A DNA stretch of 64,000 bases from an uncultured delta proteobacterium. GTDB lineage: Bacteria > Myxococcota_A > Polyangia > Polyangiales > Polyangiaceae. Positions 37,126 through 50,449 of this stretch are shown in pieces. Each line of letters opens with the position of its first letter. Positions within the stretch are counted from its first letter, which is position 1. The notes below the pieces were generated by a model. It was not told the origin of the DNA. It did no database searches and worked only from the letters and a program-made list of their open reading frames with translations. The translations under genes were made by a program, and so were the position numbers. The DNA is taken from positions 1,152,001-1,216,000 of the forward strand of contig CAWDXG010000004.1 of NCBI GenBank assembly GCA_963806225.1, read 5' to 3'.

Positions 37126-37833
37126 ATGGCGCGCAAGCGATACAATCTGGGTCTCCTCCGGCTCGTTCCCCTCGCCCGGCTGGTTCCGGGGCGGGCATGG
37201 GCGGCTCGAACACCGGCTTGGTCTGGCCCCGCGCTGCTCACCCTCGCGGTCCTTGGCTGCGGGGGTCCAGGCGCTGCCAACGTGCCCCACGCCCGTCCGA
37301 CATCCGCGGTCCCTGTCCGCAAGAGTGCAGGCCCTGCGAAAGTGTCCCATGCCCCTCCGGAACCCGCAGCCCGTGACTGCAAGAATACGGCCGATGACTA
37401 TCGTCCGTACGCCTACCCGAAGCCCGTAAAGGTCACGATCCCCGCTCCGCCGGATCTATCGGGGCTTCCGACCGACGCGGCGGGCCGCCGTGTGTTGATC
37501 GACACGGGTGCTGTCGAGCTCGCCGTCGACACGACCTACCGCGGTCCCTCCACCGCGCTGGCGACGTGCTTGGAGGTGATCGGCCAATGCTGGGACGATC
37601 AGCACATGACTGCCGACAACCTGGTCGCCGTCAAGGATCTGTGCGAACGCTCGGCGCCCGTCTGCGCGACACAGCAACCGTGGAACGAAGCGCCGTGCTG
37701 CCCGGCGAGTTGCGGGGAGCGCTACAAGCAGCTCCGTATCGCGTGCAAAGGTACCGAAACGGCCGAGAAGGAGGTCTACTTCGGCGACAACCCCTGCATC
37801 CCCGGGCTCCGCGAAGCCCTGCACCGCCACTGA
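37126..37833 (+). CDS. Hypothetical Cys-rich lipoprotein
   Basis: Lipobox AVLGC; C..SAPVCAT..PWNE.PCCP.SC...Y motif; start uncertain. Confidence 0.6.
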   Translation: MARKRYNLGLLRLVPLARLVPGRAWAARTPAWSGPALLTLAVLGCGGPGAANVPHARPTSAVPVRKSAGPAKVSHAPPEPAARDCKNTADDYRPYAYPKPVKVTIPAPPDLSGLPTDAAGRRVLIDTGAVELAVDTTYRGPSTALATCLEVIGQCWDDQHMTADNLVAVKDLCERSAPVCATQQPWNEAPCCPASCGERYKQLRIACKGTETAEKEVYFGDNPCIPGLREALHRH

Positions 37834-37843
37834 GGCGCGCGCC

Positions 37844-37873
37844 GCGGCGGCTTGAGCAGCGGCTCACCGCCGC
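37844..37873. terminator. Hairpin between convergent genes
   Basis: GCGGCGG(CT)TGAGC-AGCG-GCTCACCGCCGC; no U-tract. Confidence 0.4.
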
Positions 37874-37880
37874 TGGCGGG

Positions 37881-40017
37881 TCAGCCGCGCGCGCTGGCGC
37901 GCTCCCGGCGACGCAGCCCGAGGGCCGCGAGCGCGAGCAACCACACGAGGCGCGGCGACCGCGCGGGCGAGCCAGACAGGTGACAGCCGCAACCGCCAGG
38001 ATCCGGGGCCGCAGCCGCAGGGCCGCCACCGGTACCCGCGCCGCCGGCACCCGCCCCACCACCGGCACCCGCGCCGCCGGCACCCGCTGCGCCACCAGTC
38101 GGGCCGGCCTGGAAGACATAGGCAGCACCCTGGGCGTTCGGTCCGAGACTGACGGCCGCCCCGATCAGCGCCGTGTTGCCCGAAAGCGACACCGGGTCAC
38201 CGAATTTTTCAACCTGTTCCCCGGAGGGGCCGGTGATGTGCTGTTGCTGGGTCCAGCTGGTACCGGAGCGCACGAACACGTAGGCCGAGCCCTGATAGCT
38301 GTTGCCACCGACAGTGTCTGCCGTCGCCCCGACCAGCGCTGTGTCGCCCAACAGCGACACGGCGCTACCGAAGAGGTCGTTCAAGTCGCCGTCGGAGGCG
38401 GTGAGCTTGGCCTGCTGGGTCCAGCTGGTACCGGAGCGCACGAACACGTAGGCCGAGCCCTGGGAGTCATTCCCTCCGACAGTGTCGCCTTGCGCCCCGA
38501 CCAGCGCCTCGTCACCGTCAATCGACACGGCGAGACCGAACGCGGCGCCCTTTGCCCCGTCGGAGGCGCTGAGCTTGGCCTGCTGCACCCAGGTCGTACC
38601 CGAACGCACGAACACGTAGGCCGAGCCCGGAACATCAGGAGGGGTCATTCCGACCAGCGCCGTGTCGCCCGAAAGCGACACAGCCCAGCCGAACTGGTCG
38701 CCTGCCTTCTCGTCGGAGGTGGTGAGCTTGGTCTGCTGGGCCCAGGTCGTACCCGAACGCACGAACACGTAGGCCGAGCCCAGGGTGGAGGCCGATGCTT
38801 CCGCTCCGATCAGCGCAGTATCGCCCGAGAGCGATACTGCATCGCCGAACTTGTCGGACCCCGCACCGTCGGAGGCGGTGAGCTTGGCCTGCTCTGCCCA
38901 GGTCGTACCCGAACGCACGAACACATAGGCCGAGCCACGAGGCGATAGCATTGCATCGGGGTTCGACATCCGCGCTCCGATCAGCGCAGTGTCGCCGGAG
39001 AGCGATACTGCATCGCCGAACTTGTCGAGCGCCGCACCGTCGGACGCAGCGAGTTCCTGTTGCACGGTCCAGGTCGTACCCGAGCGCACGAACACGTACG
39101 CCGAGCCCTGGCTGCCGTGCGCTCTGCCCGCCCCGACCAGCGCCGTGTCGCCCGAGAGCGACACCGCCTTGCCGCCGAAGCCATCGTCCACCGCGCCGCC
39201 GGGGCTCGTGAGCTTGGCCTGCTGTGCCCACAGCAGTGGGTCGATGTGCAGCGGATAGGTCGCGTCCCGGTCGTCCAGCGAGAGCTCGATGCGGCCTTCG
39301 CGCACGCCGAGCTTCGCCGGCACGCGCGCTCCGTGCGCGTCGACTGCGTGCAGCTCGCCGTAGTAGAGCTTGGTCGCGCCGTCGCCACCGACCAGCGCAA
39401 TCCGCTCGCCGCCGGGCTCGAGCCGCGGTGAGAGCGCACCGCCGAGTTCGAGCTGTACCACCAGGTCGCCGGCCCCAGCGGGTCGCTCGGCGAGAATCGA
39501 AGAACTGCTCCAGCCCCAGCGGGCCGTGCACCCAGGTTTCGACTACGCCGCCGTGCCGGTACCGCACCCGGTTCTTCTCGGCTACCGGCTGCACTTCTTG
39601 CACCGCATCGAGCGCACCGTGCCGCCCCATCGCTGCGAGCGAAAGCCGGGCCTTGTGCTTCCCCGCCTCGAGCTCCACGCCCCGGTCGTCGAGCGTCGCG
39701 TCGAACGCAGCGCCTCGCTGGGGACTTCCAGGGGTCGCCGGGCCGTGGTGCACCCTGAAGGCTCCCGCCTTCGCCTCGAACGCGTCGGCTGGGCTCCCGC
39801 CGGCTTGTTGCGCTTGAATCCAGGCGGGCCGAAGCCCGGCCGGCATCTGCTGAACGCCCTTCGCGGCGCTGCCCAGCGGCGCTCGCCGCGACCCCTGGTT
39901 GCTCGCCTCGCCAGCGGACCCGGTGCAACTCATCAAGACGAGCGACGCGCTCGCCAGCACCAACAGGAACACCCTCGGGGCGCTCGATCGGCGCACGCAT
40001 CTCTGGTCAATCGTCAC
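37881..40017 (-). CDS. FG-GAP (integrin-alpha-like) 7-bladed propeller surface protein with MYXO-CTERM; frameshift near 39498
   Basis: Seven FG.AVS.SGDTAL.GA repeats with GSAYVFVRSG..W.QQAKL; C-terminal GGCGC, hydrophobic stretch, RRRER; N-terminal LVLMSC. Confidence 0.88.
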
Positions 40018-40151
40018 GGTCTCTCCTCTTCCCCACCCAAGGGGAACAAAACACCCAGCATGGACGACGCTAGTGGATCACCGAATCGCTAGCAAGCGCG
40101 TCGAAGTCGACAGCGCGTGCAGCGGTGGCGCGGCGCCAGTATGCCGCTGCC

Positions 40152-40424
40152 ATGACACGTCGCTGCGTTCCGTTGCTCGCGCTGTCTCTCGTCGTGGCCT
40201 GTGCCGGCGCTCGGCCGCCGGCCGCGGCGTCCCGCGCTACGAAGACCGACGTCGCTCGCGCGGCGCCGGCGCAAAGCGCGGCCAGCGCGCCGGACCGACA
40301 CCCATCCGCGAACGTACCTCAAGCGACGTCCGCCGAGCCGCCCGTCGGCACATCCGGGCCCTACTCGCTTGCCGCGTTCAAGAAGGTCATCGACTACGCA
40401 CTGAAGCACCCGGCGAAGCCGTAG
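40152..40424 (+). CDS. Small putative lipoprotein
   Basis: MTRRCVPLLALSLVVAC signal/lipobox. Confidence 0.55.
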   Translation: MTRRCVPLLALSLVVACAGARPPAAASRATKTDVARAAPAQSAASAPDRHPSANVPQATSAEPPVGTSGPYSLAAFKKVIDYALKHPAKP

Positions 40425-40531
40425 CCAGGCCGGATGGGGATGTCGGTCCCTCGTCGGGGATTCCGCAGCGTACGACTGCGGCCTCCGGCAGTCTGCTGCC
40501 TGAACGGTCGCAATCGGAGTATTGTCGAAGC

Positions 40532-41827
40532 GTGAGCGACACGCGCGTGCTCAGCATCACGGTGGAGCTGGCGGATAGCCAGGGCGGCTCCACCATCGTG
40601 ATCCGCGACCCGTTCGGGCCCACTCGCCGGGTGTACACGACGGGTAACGCGCAGCTGCCCGAAGCGCGACAGGTGATCGATCTGCTCGGTCTGACCGCCG
40701 CGCACCGCGGTTCGTCCCATCCCCCTTCGGTCTACCCGGCGTCCCCGTCCCCGGCTCCCGTGTCGGTGCTGGGTGCGACACCCATCTCGTTCCGGGTGGG
40801 TCCCGCCTCGCAACGCCCGCCGGCCGCGGCGCATCCGTCGCAGGCTCCACTGGAGCTCGTGGACCTGCGCGAAGACACCGCCCCGCTCGACCTGACCCCG
40901 TCGACGCTGCATCGCGAACCGCTGCCGGGGACTCTCGAGGCGCTCGTCGGTTCGGTGCTGAGGGCCGGACGCAGCTCGCAGACCTCGACCGTCGACGAGG
41001 CGCTCGCAGCGGCGAAGAACTCGCTTTCCGAACGGGACCTGCCGTGCATCGCGCGTCTTCTGACGCGCCTGGAGAGCGCACTCGAGCCGGCGGCGCCGGT
41101 CGAGGAGACCGCGCTGGCGCTGGCAGCCATCGGCGCCGTCGCGCGACGCCTGTCGTCGAGCCCCGACGATCCAGCCTCCGTCGAGCTGCGCGGCGACGAG
41201 CAGGAAACGGGGCCGATGGAGTGGTGCGAGCTGGTGGAGGTCGGCCGTTGCCGCGAACGGGCCGGCGTCGGCTGGGAAACACGTCTCCTGGTCAACCCCA
41301 AGACCGGCGAGCTCCTGCGTGAAGCCGGAGCGCCCACGCGCGGCGCGCTGTCACTCGGCTCGCCGGGACGCCGCGTCGTCGTCAACTTCTCGAGCCGACT
41401 GGTTGGCCTGGACCCGCCCCGCATCCGTGTCTACCAGTACGAGTACGCACCGGCAGCGTCGCCGGAGGACCTGGCGCGTGCCGCAGCTTTCGCCCAGCGT
41501 TCGTTCACGCTCCCGAACGACGTGCACAATAACCCGCTGCTCCTGGTGGCGAGACCGCTACCGGTGCTGCTCTCCCCGGAGCGCATCGAGAGCGATCGCA
41601 CAGCCGGCATCCGTCTCGTGGATGCCGAGGGGCACTGCCTGCTGCTCGCGGACGAGCTGGAGCCGGGCGCCTGCGAAGCGCTGCTCGACTTCATCGAATC
41701 CGGCTCCGGCAAGGTGTCGGCACTGGCCGGAGCGCTGGTCGCGCGCGCCAGCGGGATCGCATTCGTCCCCTGGTCGGCCATCGCCGGTAGCGAGGACGGC
41801 TGCCGCTTGTTCCAGCTCGCGCTGTAG
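40532..41827 (+). CDS. Hypothetical protein
   Basis: Long GC3-biased frame; GTG preceded by TATTGT. Confidence 0.6.
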   Translation: MSDTRVLSITVELADSQGGSTIVIRDPFGPTRRVYTTGNAQLPEARQVIDLLGLTAAHRGSSHPPSVYPASPSPAPVSVLGATPISFRVGPASQRPPAAAHPSQAPLELVDLREDTAPLDLTPSTLHREPLPGTLEALVGSVLRAGRSSQTSTVDEALAAAKNSLSERDLPCIARLLTRLESALEPAAPVEETALALAAIGAVARRLSSSPDDPASVELRGDEQETGPMEWCELVEVGRCRERAGVGWETRLLVNPKTGELLREAGAPTRGALSLGSPGRRVVVNFSSRLVGLDPPRIRVYQYEYAPAASPEDLARAAAFAQRSFTLPNDVHNNPLLLVARPLPVLLSPERIESDRTAGIRLVDAEGHCLLLADELEPGACEALLDFIESGSGKVSALAGALVARASGIAFVPWSAIAGSEDGCRLFQLAL

Positions 41828-41961
41828 GCCCCCGTCCGGCCTTCCTGCAAGAAACCGATCCCGCTCTGGACGTCTTCCGGACCGCGTGGGACCCGCTCCG
41901 GGTGATCGACCGCAGGCGTGCGCTTGGCCCAGCCTGCGGGGCCGTGCTACGCGCGGGAGTC

Positions 41962-43209
<1,248 letters not shown>

Positions 43210-45469
43210 AGCTCGGCGTCGCTCTCCCGTCCCTGGGCGAGCGCGGCGTCGCGCAGCCGTTCGAGCAGCGCGCGCAACCTCGGCTCGAGCTGTTTCTGTT
43301 CGGCCACGTCGGCGTCGTCGAGCCGAGCCGAGAGCAGGGCGAGCAGATCGTGATCGCGCCCCAGCCGCTCCAGCGCGGCGGCCAGCTGCATCACGACCTC
43401 GAGGTTGTCCGGATCGACGTGCAGAGCGCTGCGCAGGCGATCGACGCGCAGCTCGTCGGGCTCCTCGTCCGCGTCCGCCGTGACCCCCGGCACCTGCGAC
43501 TCCAGTTCCTCGTCACGCCCCTCCCCCGCCTCGCGTTCGTGCCGCGCACGCGCGGCAACGACGGCGGCGACCTCGCGATAGGCTTCCGCGACCTTGCGGT
43601 CGCGCGGCGCCAGGCGAAGGGCGATGGTGAGATGTCGCTCGGCGGCCAGCGCGTCGTGCTGCACGTCGCGCTCGAAACGCGCAGCTTCGAAGAGCCACTC
43701 CGCCCAGCCGGCGTCAGGCGGGCTCGAAAGCTCCACGGCCTGCCGGAGCCGCCCGAACGCCAGCGAGGCGCCACGGATATCGCCCAACTTCGAGCGCCAG
43801 CGCGCCTCGAGCAGCCGGGCCTCCAGCGCGCGCGGAGACGCGGCGGGTACCTCGCGCACCCGCGCAATCGCCTGCGGCAGATCGCCGATGTCGCCGGCCA
43901 GAAGCCGCGCCAGATCGACGAGTGCACCGGCTTCGGGCTGACCATGACGGTCGCCCAGCGCGATGGCTCGCTCGAACAGTGCGAACGCCCGCTCCCGGCG
44001 ACCGACATCCATCAGCGATCGGGCCAGTCCCGCCGTCGCTTCCGCGTCGTCCGGCAGGTAGCGCAGCGCTCGCTCGAAGAGCCGGCCGGCGTCGCGCACG
44101 AAACCGGCATCGAAGAGCGCCTGCGCCGTGCTCCGGCACAGCTCGTGGCGAGCGCGCGAACCGCGCGCGCCCGCCTCCAGGTGCTCCGCGTCGGCCAACG
44201 CACCTTCGACATCACCGTGTTCCAGACGCGCCGACAGCCGCGCCCAGCGCACCCGCGAAAGGCCAGGTGCGCGCGCCACGGCATGGTCCAGCGCTTCCAG
44301 CCTTTCCGCCGCGTCGCCGCCCACCTCCGACAGCCGCTGCCACATCAGGGCCGCGACCGGAGCGTAGGGTTCCGCGTCGGCCGCAGCCAGGATGGCGTCC
44401 CGGGCGGCGTCGCGATCGCCCAGTTCGGCGAGCAGCTCCGCGCCCACGATACCTGCACGGGTCGCAGGCATGGACTCGACGAGCATGCCGAGTGCCGCCT
44501 CGGCGCGCCCACCGATCGCCACGTCGATCCCGGCCACGAGCTGGGCCAGGCCGGGGTGCCGCGGCGCGCGCTCGAGCGCAGACACGTAGCCGGCGCGCGC
44601 GGCTTCGATATCCCCGCGAGCAAGGGCCTCGTCCGCCTCGCGCGTCAGTCCCGCCAGCTCCAGCGCGCGCACCGCGTCGTCCGTCAGCGCGGGCGGCGCG
44701 TACGTCGAGTCGAGCGTCACGGTCAGGCGATCGCCGTCGACCGAAAGCGCGCCGAATCGCACTCGCGCGGCGCTGGGCGCCCGGGCGCCGATCGCAGGCA
44801 GCACGGCGCGGCCAAGCTGCGCCCCCGCGCGCGGAAAGGTCAGTGCGCGCCCGGTGCGCTCGGCGCGGCCGCCCAGCGCCGCGTCGACCGCACGCAGCGC
44901 GAACCCGAGCGCGGGCGCGCCCAGACCGACCCCGCGCGCCCGGGCCAACACGAACCGGGCGTCATCCAGGGCGGGCGCCCAGAGCAGGTCGAAGGCCAGA
45001 GCACCCGCCTCGCCGACCAGCCCCACGCCCAGCCCCTGCGGAATGCTCCACACCGCCACGGGCGACTCGAGGCGCCCGAGCACCTCGCGCACGCGCGGCA
45101 GGAGCCAGCGCCCCAGCGCGTCCAGACCGACCGCGAGCTCCACATGCTCGAGATCGCCGCGCCGGTGGCGGAAGACCGGCACCCCCCCGGAAAGATCCAG
45201 CGGGAAGCTGAGACCGGGCAGCGTCAGCGACAGCGCCGCGACCTCGAGGGGCCCGACCTCGACCGGCTCGTAGAGCTCCATCCCGAGCGAGCCGCGGGCC
45301 ACCGTCAGCCGGAGCGGGCTATGCGGCTCGGCGGCGGGCTTTCGATCCGCCGCAGCGGGCGGCGCCGGAGAAGGGTCAGGACGCGCGGTCACCTGTCCGG
45401 ATCGTACCAGCCCGGGCCGCGCGGGGGGCAACTCCGCACCCGGAACGACCGGAGCAGCGCTGACAGGAA

Positions 45470-45507
45470 CGCCCCGGGACGGCGCAGGGACGCCGTTTTC
45501 CGGGGCG
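45470..45507. terminator. Hairpin downstream of mlaC
   Basis: CGCCCCGG-GACGGCG-loop-CGCCGTT(TT)-CCGGGGCG. Confidence 0.4.
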
Positions 45508-45540
45508 AGGCGCCTGCCGGGTCCCCCCTCTCGAGGAGGC

Positions 45541-46161
45541 TCAGCTAGCCTCTTCCTTGTCGAGCTTCTTCTTCATCCGGCTCATCAACTCGTCGAAGCC
45601 CTTCTTCTTGATGATGCGCCGGAACTGGCTCCGGTAGTTGTTCACCAGGCTCGATCCCTCAGTCACGATGTCGTAGACCCGCCACTTGCCGTCGACCTTG
45701 TGGAGGACGTAGTCGATGCTGACCGGGTCTTCGCGCGCGTTCGTCCGGCTCTTGGCGACAGTCTTGACCAGGTAGCCTTCCTTGGCTTTCGCCTCGCCCT
45801 GGTAGTCGATCTTGTAGTCGAGTGTCTTGCGCAGGTTCTTGCGATAGGCGTTGCGGACCAGCCGCTCGAGGACGTTCTCGAAGTCCTTGCGCTCCGCATC
45901 GCTGCGCTTGTCCCAGTACTCGCCGAGCGACTGCTTCGCCAGCGAGTGATAGTCGAGCAGCTGGTCGAAGATGCTCTGGATCTTCTTTTCCGTCGCAGCG
46001 GACTTCGACTTCTTGAGCAGGGCGGTGAGCTCCACGTGCTTCTGCTTGACGAACGTCTGGGGGCTCGGTGCTGCCAGCGCGCGGGCCGGCAGGAGCAGCG
46101 CCACAAGCGAGAACAGGAGCGGGAGGACGAGTCGGGATCGAGTCATTTTCACGGCTTTCAT
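45541..46161 (-). CDS. mlaC: MlaC/Ttg2D periplasmic phospholipid-binding protein
   Basis: Signal peptide; LAKQSLGEYW, IDYVL, WRVYDIVTEGSSLVNNYRSQF. Confidence 0.9.
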   Translation of the reverse strand: MKAVKMTRSRLVLPLLFSLVALLLPARALAAPSPQTFVKQKHVELTALLKKSKSAATEKKIQSIFDQLLDYHSLAKQSLGEYWDKRSDAERKDFENVLERLVRNAYRKNLRKTLDYKIDYQGEAKAKEGYLVKTVAKSRTNAREDPVSIDYVLHKVDGKWRVYDIVTEGSSLVNNYRSQFRRIIKKKGFDELMSRMKKKLDKEEAS

Positions 46162-46182
46162 CTGGGGCACTATCTCGTTGTA

Positions 46183-46198
46183 CGCAACGCTGGTGCCA
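46183..46198 (-). promoter_or_regulatory. Sigma54 -24/-12 promoter upstream of mlaC
   Basis: TGGCAC-CAGCG-TTGCG matches TGGCAC-N5-TTGC exactly. Confidence 0.7.
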
Positions 46199-46364
46199 GA
46201 ACTTCACACGCGTTCGGCAGAGCAGCCGCAAGTGGCTGGAATAACGGAGTATTCCGCCTCCGCACCAGACGCCGCCGTGCCGCGATCGCAGGTGACCGGC
46301 GACCTCCGACCGCGACAACTGTGACTGCCACCATGCACCTGGATGTTCACACGACGGCCGGATG

Positions 46365-47762
46365 TTAAACCGGCCCCGACCGCTGGGCCGGATCCGCACC
46401 TGGCTCCTCGCTGTCGCCGCGACCGGAAGCGACCGGCTCGGTGCCGTGCGCGCCGCCCTCCTCCACGAGCAGTCCCATGGCGACGCGGAACATCGCGCCA
46501 TGGCCTTCCTCGCTCTCCACCTCGATGGCGAAGCCATGCTCGTCCGCGATGCTCTTGACCACCGCCAGACCCACGCCCGTCCCCTGTGAGCGCGTGGTGA
46601 AGAAGGCGTCGAACAGCCTGGCCTTCGCCGGCTCGTCGATGCCGATGCCCTCGTCCTTGACGCGGAGCTCCACCCGCCCCGTGTCGTCCACCTCGAGCGT
46701 AACGAAAACCGAGTCGCCCGCGCTCGAGGCCTGCACCGCATTGCGCACGAGGTTCCAGATGAGCTGGCGCAACTGCGCACTGTCGGCGCGGATCGGCACG
46801 TGCTCCGGCGCCGTGCACACCACCTCGACGTCGGACACGCCTCGCCCGGAACGGCCGGTGAGCTCCACCACCTCGCGCAACACAGCGGCCGCATCCACCG
46901 AGGAGAAGACGGGCTTGCGGGGACGTGACAGGTCCATCATGTCGGTGACGAGGTCGTTGAGGCGTGCGGCCTCGCGCTCGACGATGCCGCAGAGCTGCCG
47001 GTCCTCGTCCGATAGACCGCTGCCGGTGCGGAGCAGCTGGATGGAACCCGCGATCGAACCGAGTGGATTGCGGATCTCGTGTGCCAGACCCGCCGCCAGC
47101 CGCCCCAGAGCCGCCATCCGTTCGGCCTGCTCCGCTCGCTCCTCCGCTTCAACCAGCTGTCCACCGGTCATGCGCAGCCGTTCGGCCAGGTAGCCCGCGA
47201 GGAGCATCACCACCACCATCACGAGCAGGTTGACGGCGAGATCGTAGGTCAGCTCGCTGCTCGAGACGCGGTACAGCGCCGCGGGCTGATCGGGCGGCGA
47301 AGGTAAGAGGCCTATCTGCAGCGCACCGACCAGCCCCACGTAGCAGAGGCCTCCACTGAACGCCGCGATGCCGGCTCCGCGCAGTCCCGTCAGGATGGCG
47401 CCCACCAGGCAGCTCAACCCGTAGAACGAGGTCGCGCCGCTCGACGCGCCCCCCGACAGGTAGACAATCGCAGTCCAGGTCAACTGATCGAGCACAAGCT
47501 GCGCATCCGCCAGGAACGCCAGGCGCCGGCCGGTCCTCAGCACCGCCGCGTAGACGCCGCCCAGCGCGAACGCGATGGCCAGCGTGCCCAGCGCGACGCG
47601 GATCGTGAACGAATCCAACCGGAACTGGCCACGGAGGTAGAACACCCCCACAAGCCCCAGGAGCAACGTCAAGAACAGGAGTCGCGCGCCCGTGAGCCAC
47701 GCCATCCGTCGCGGCAGCAGAGCCCCCGCAAGCCGAGGCGGAATGCCGAGGCGGAACGCCAT
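46365..47762 (-). CDS. pilS: PilS-like sensor histidine kinase
   Basis: About 6 N-terminal TM helices (WL...RLLF, Q...D....T..VY.SGG.SS); LAHEIRNPLGSI, QLIWNLVRNA, D.G.GI, FFTT...GTGVGL; follows pilC. Confidence 0.85.
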   Translation of the reverse strand: MAFRLGIPPRLAGALLPRRMAWLTGARLLFLTLLLGLVGVFYLRGQFRLDSFTIRVALGTLAIAFALGGVYAAVLRTGRRLAFLADAQLVLDQLTWTAIVYLSGGASSGATSFYGLSCLVGAILTGLRGAGIAAFSGGLCYVGLVGALQIGLLPSPPDQPAALYRVSSSELTYDLAVNLLVMVVVMLLAGYLAERLRMTGGQLVEAEERAEQAERMAALGRLAAGLAHEIRNPLGSIAGSIQLLRTGSGLSDEDRQLCGIVEREAARLNDLVTDMMDLSRPRKPVFSSVDAAAVLREVVELTGRSGRGVSDVEVVCTAPEHVPIRADSAQLRQLIWNLVRNAVQASSAGDSVFVTLEVDDTGRVELRVKDEGIGIDEPAKARLFDAFFTTRSQGTGVGLAVVKSIADEHGFAIEVESEEGHGAMFRVAMGLLVEEGGAHGTEPVASGRGDSEEPGADPAQRSGPV

Positions 47763-47773
47763 CCGGCCCCGGG

Positions 47774-48986
<1,213 letters not shown>

Positions 48987-49097
48987 GCGGGGGATCTTGC
49001 CCTTTGTCGGATGCTGACTCGAAAGCATACCGGGGGCACTCCCGTCCGGTCAAAATGCACAGGGATTGCCGGGCGCCGGCCCGCTATAACAGGCGGG

Positions 49098-50234
49098 ATG
49101 CAGGCCGGCCCCGCACCCGAACCGGTACCCTGGCTGTCGCAACTGGCCCAGGAGCTCGTGGTCGGGCCGCGGGTGGCGCCGGCCGCGAGCCTCGCGGTGG
49201 CGCGCCACGGGCCGGGGGGCTGGGCGGTCGGCGTCGGGGCTGCCGGCCAACGCCCGGGGGAATCGGCGCGATCACGCCCGCCACGCCCTTCGACCTCGCC
49301 TCGGTGACCAAACCCTTCGTGGCCACGCTTCTGGCGCGCCTCGCCTCGCAGCAGGGGCCCGCGATGGACACGCCCCTGGGCGAGCTGCTCGACGAAGCCC
49401 GTGGAAGCGCGAGCAACGACGTCCCGCTCGAGCTGCTCCTCTCGCATCGGAGCGGACTGGAAGCCCACCGCCCGCTGTTCCAGGTGCTGATCGGCAGGCG
49501 CGGGGTGGACCGATCCGCACTGTTCGCCGAAGCCGCAGACGCGCGCCGGGGCGACTGCACCGGACCACCTCCTCCGGACGGGTTCGCTCCCGTGTACAGC
49601 GATCTCGGGCTACCTGTTGCTCGGCGAAGCGCTGGCGCGCGCGCACGCGACACCACTCGATCGGTTGGTGGAGCGTGAAATGCGTCGTGCCGCTTGGACT
49701 CGACGCGGCACCAAGCCGCGGTTGGCTCGGCCGTGACCCGACCTTTCCCGAGCGCGTCGCGCCGACCGAGCACGTGGCGTGGCGTGGCGGCGAGCTCGTC
49801 GGGGTGGTGCACGACGAGAACGCCTGGGCACTCGGAGGGCACGGGCTCTCGGGACACGCCGGGCTGTTCGCCACCGCCGGCTCCCTGGCGCGATTCGGAG
49901 CCGCCCTCTCGACGCGCTGGCAGGGCGCCGCTCCGAGATGGCTCGCCGCCGACGCTGCCGCCAGCTCGTCCGGGAGCGGCCGGGCGGCAGCATTGCGCGC
50001 CGGTTTCGACGGCTTGTCGCCCGAGGGCTCTTCCGCCGGCGGCATTTGCGGTCCGTCAACGTTCGGCCATCTGGGCTTCACGGGCACGAGCCTGTGGTGC
50101 GATCCGGACGCCGGGGCCGCGCGGTCGTCCTACTCACCAACCGCGTCAATCCCACCCGCGAACACACGGCGATCCGCGCCGCGCGCCCCCGCGTGCACGA
50201 TGCGCTGTTCACACTGGCGCGGAACGGCTGGTAG
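49098..50234 (+). CDS. Serine hydrolase (beta-lactamase class C-like); several frameshifts
   Basis: FDLASVTK (SxxK), LLSHRSGL, YSDLG, GVVHDENA, GHAGLF, FGHLGFTGTSLW, LLTNRV across frames. Confidence 0.85.
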
Positions 50235-50449
50235 GCGCCGTCGGCGAGCCCGCGCGGAGCGACTATTCGGGCCGCTGCACGGGGCGCCCGGCCCCGCGCC
50301 CGGGCGGAGCCTGACCCGGAAACCGCAGCATGCCTTGTCCGGGCATGTGGCTTCTACTAGAAAGTCTGGGAAATCCGTGACAAAACTGCCGTGATCCCGA
50401 GGCGCCCGTTGGCGTCAGCTGGGTTTCACGGCAGGATCGTCAAGGCCCG

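Noticed and set aside
37881..39260. Spaced near-identical repeats as a CRISPR array or DGR template/variable pair
   Set aside because: They are in-frame FG-GAP blades; there is no reverse transcriptase and no adenine-specific variation
49098..50234. Beta-lactamase resistance gene
   Set aside because: GxVHDENA and GHAGLF motifs with no signal peptide fit the esterase/peptidoglycan-recycling branch of the family
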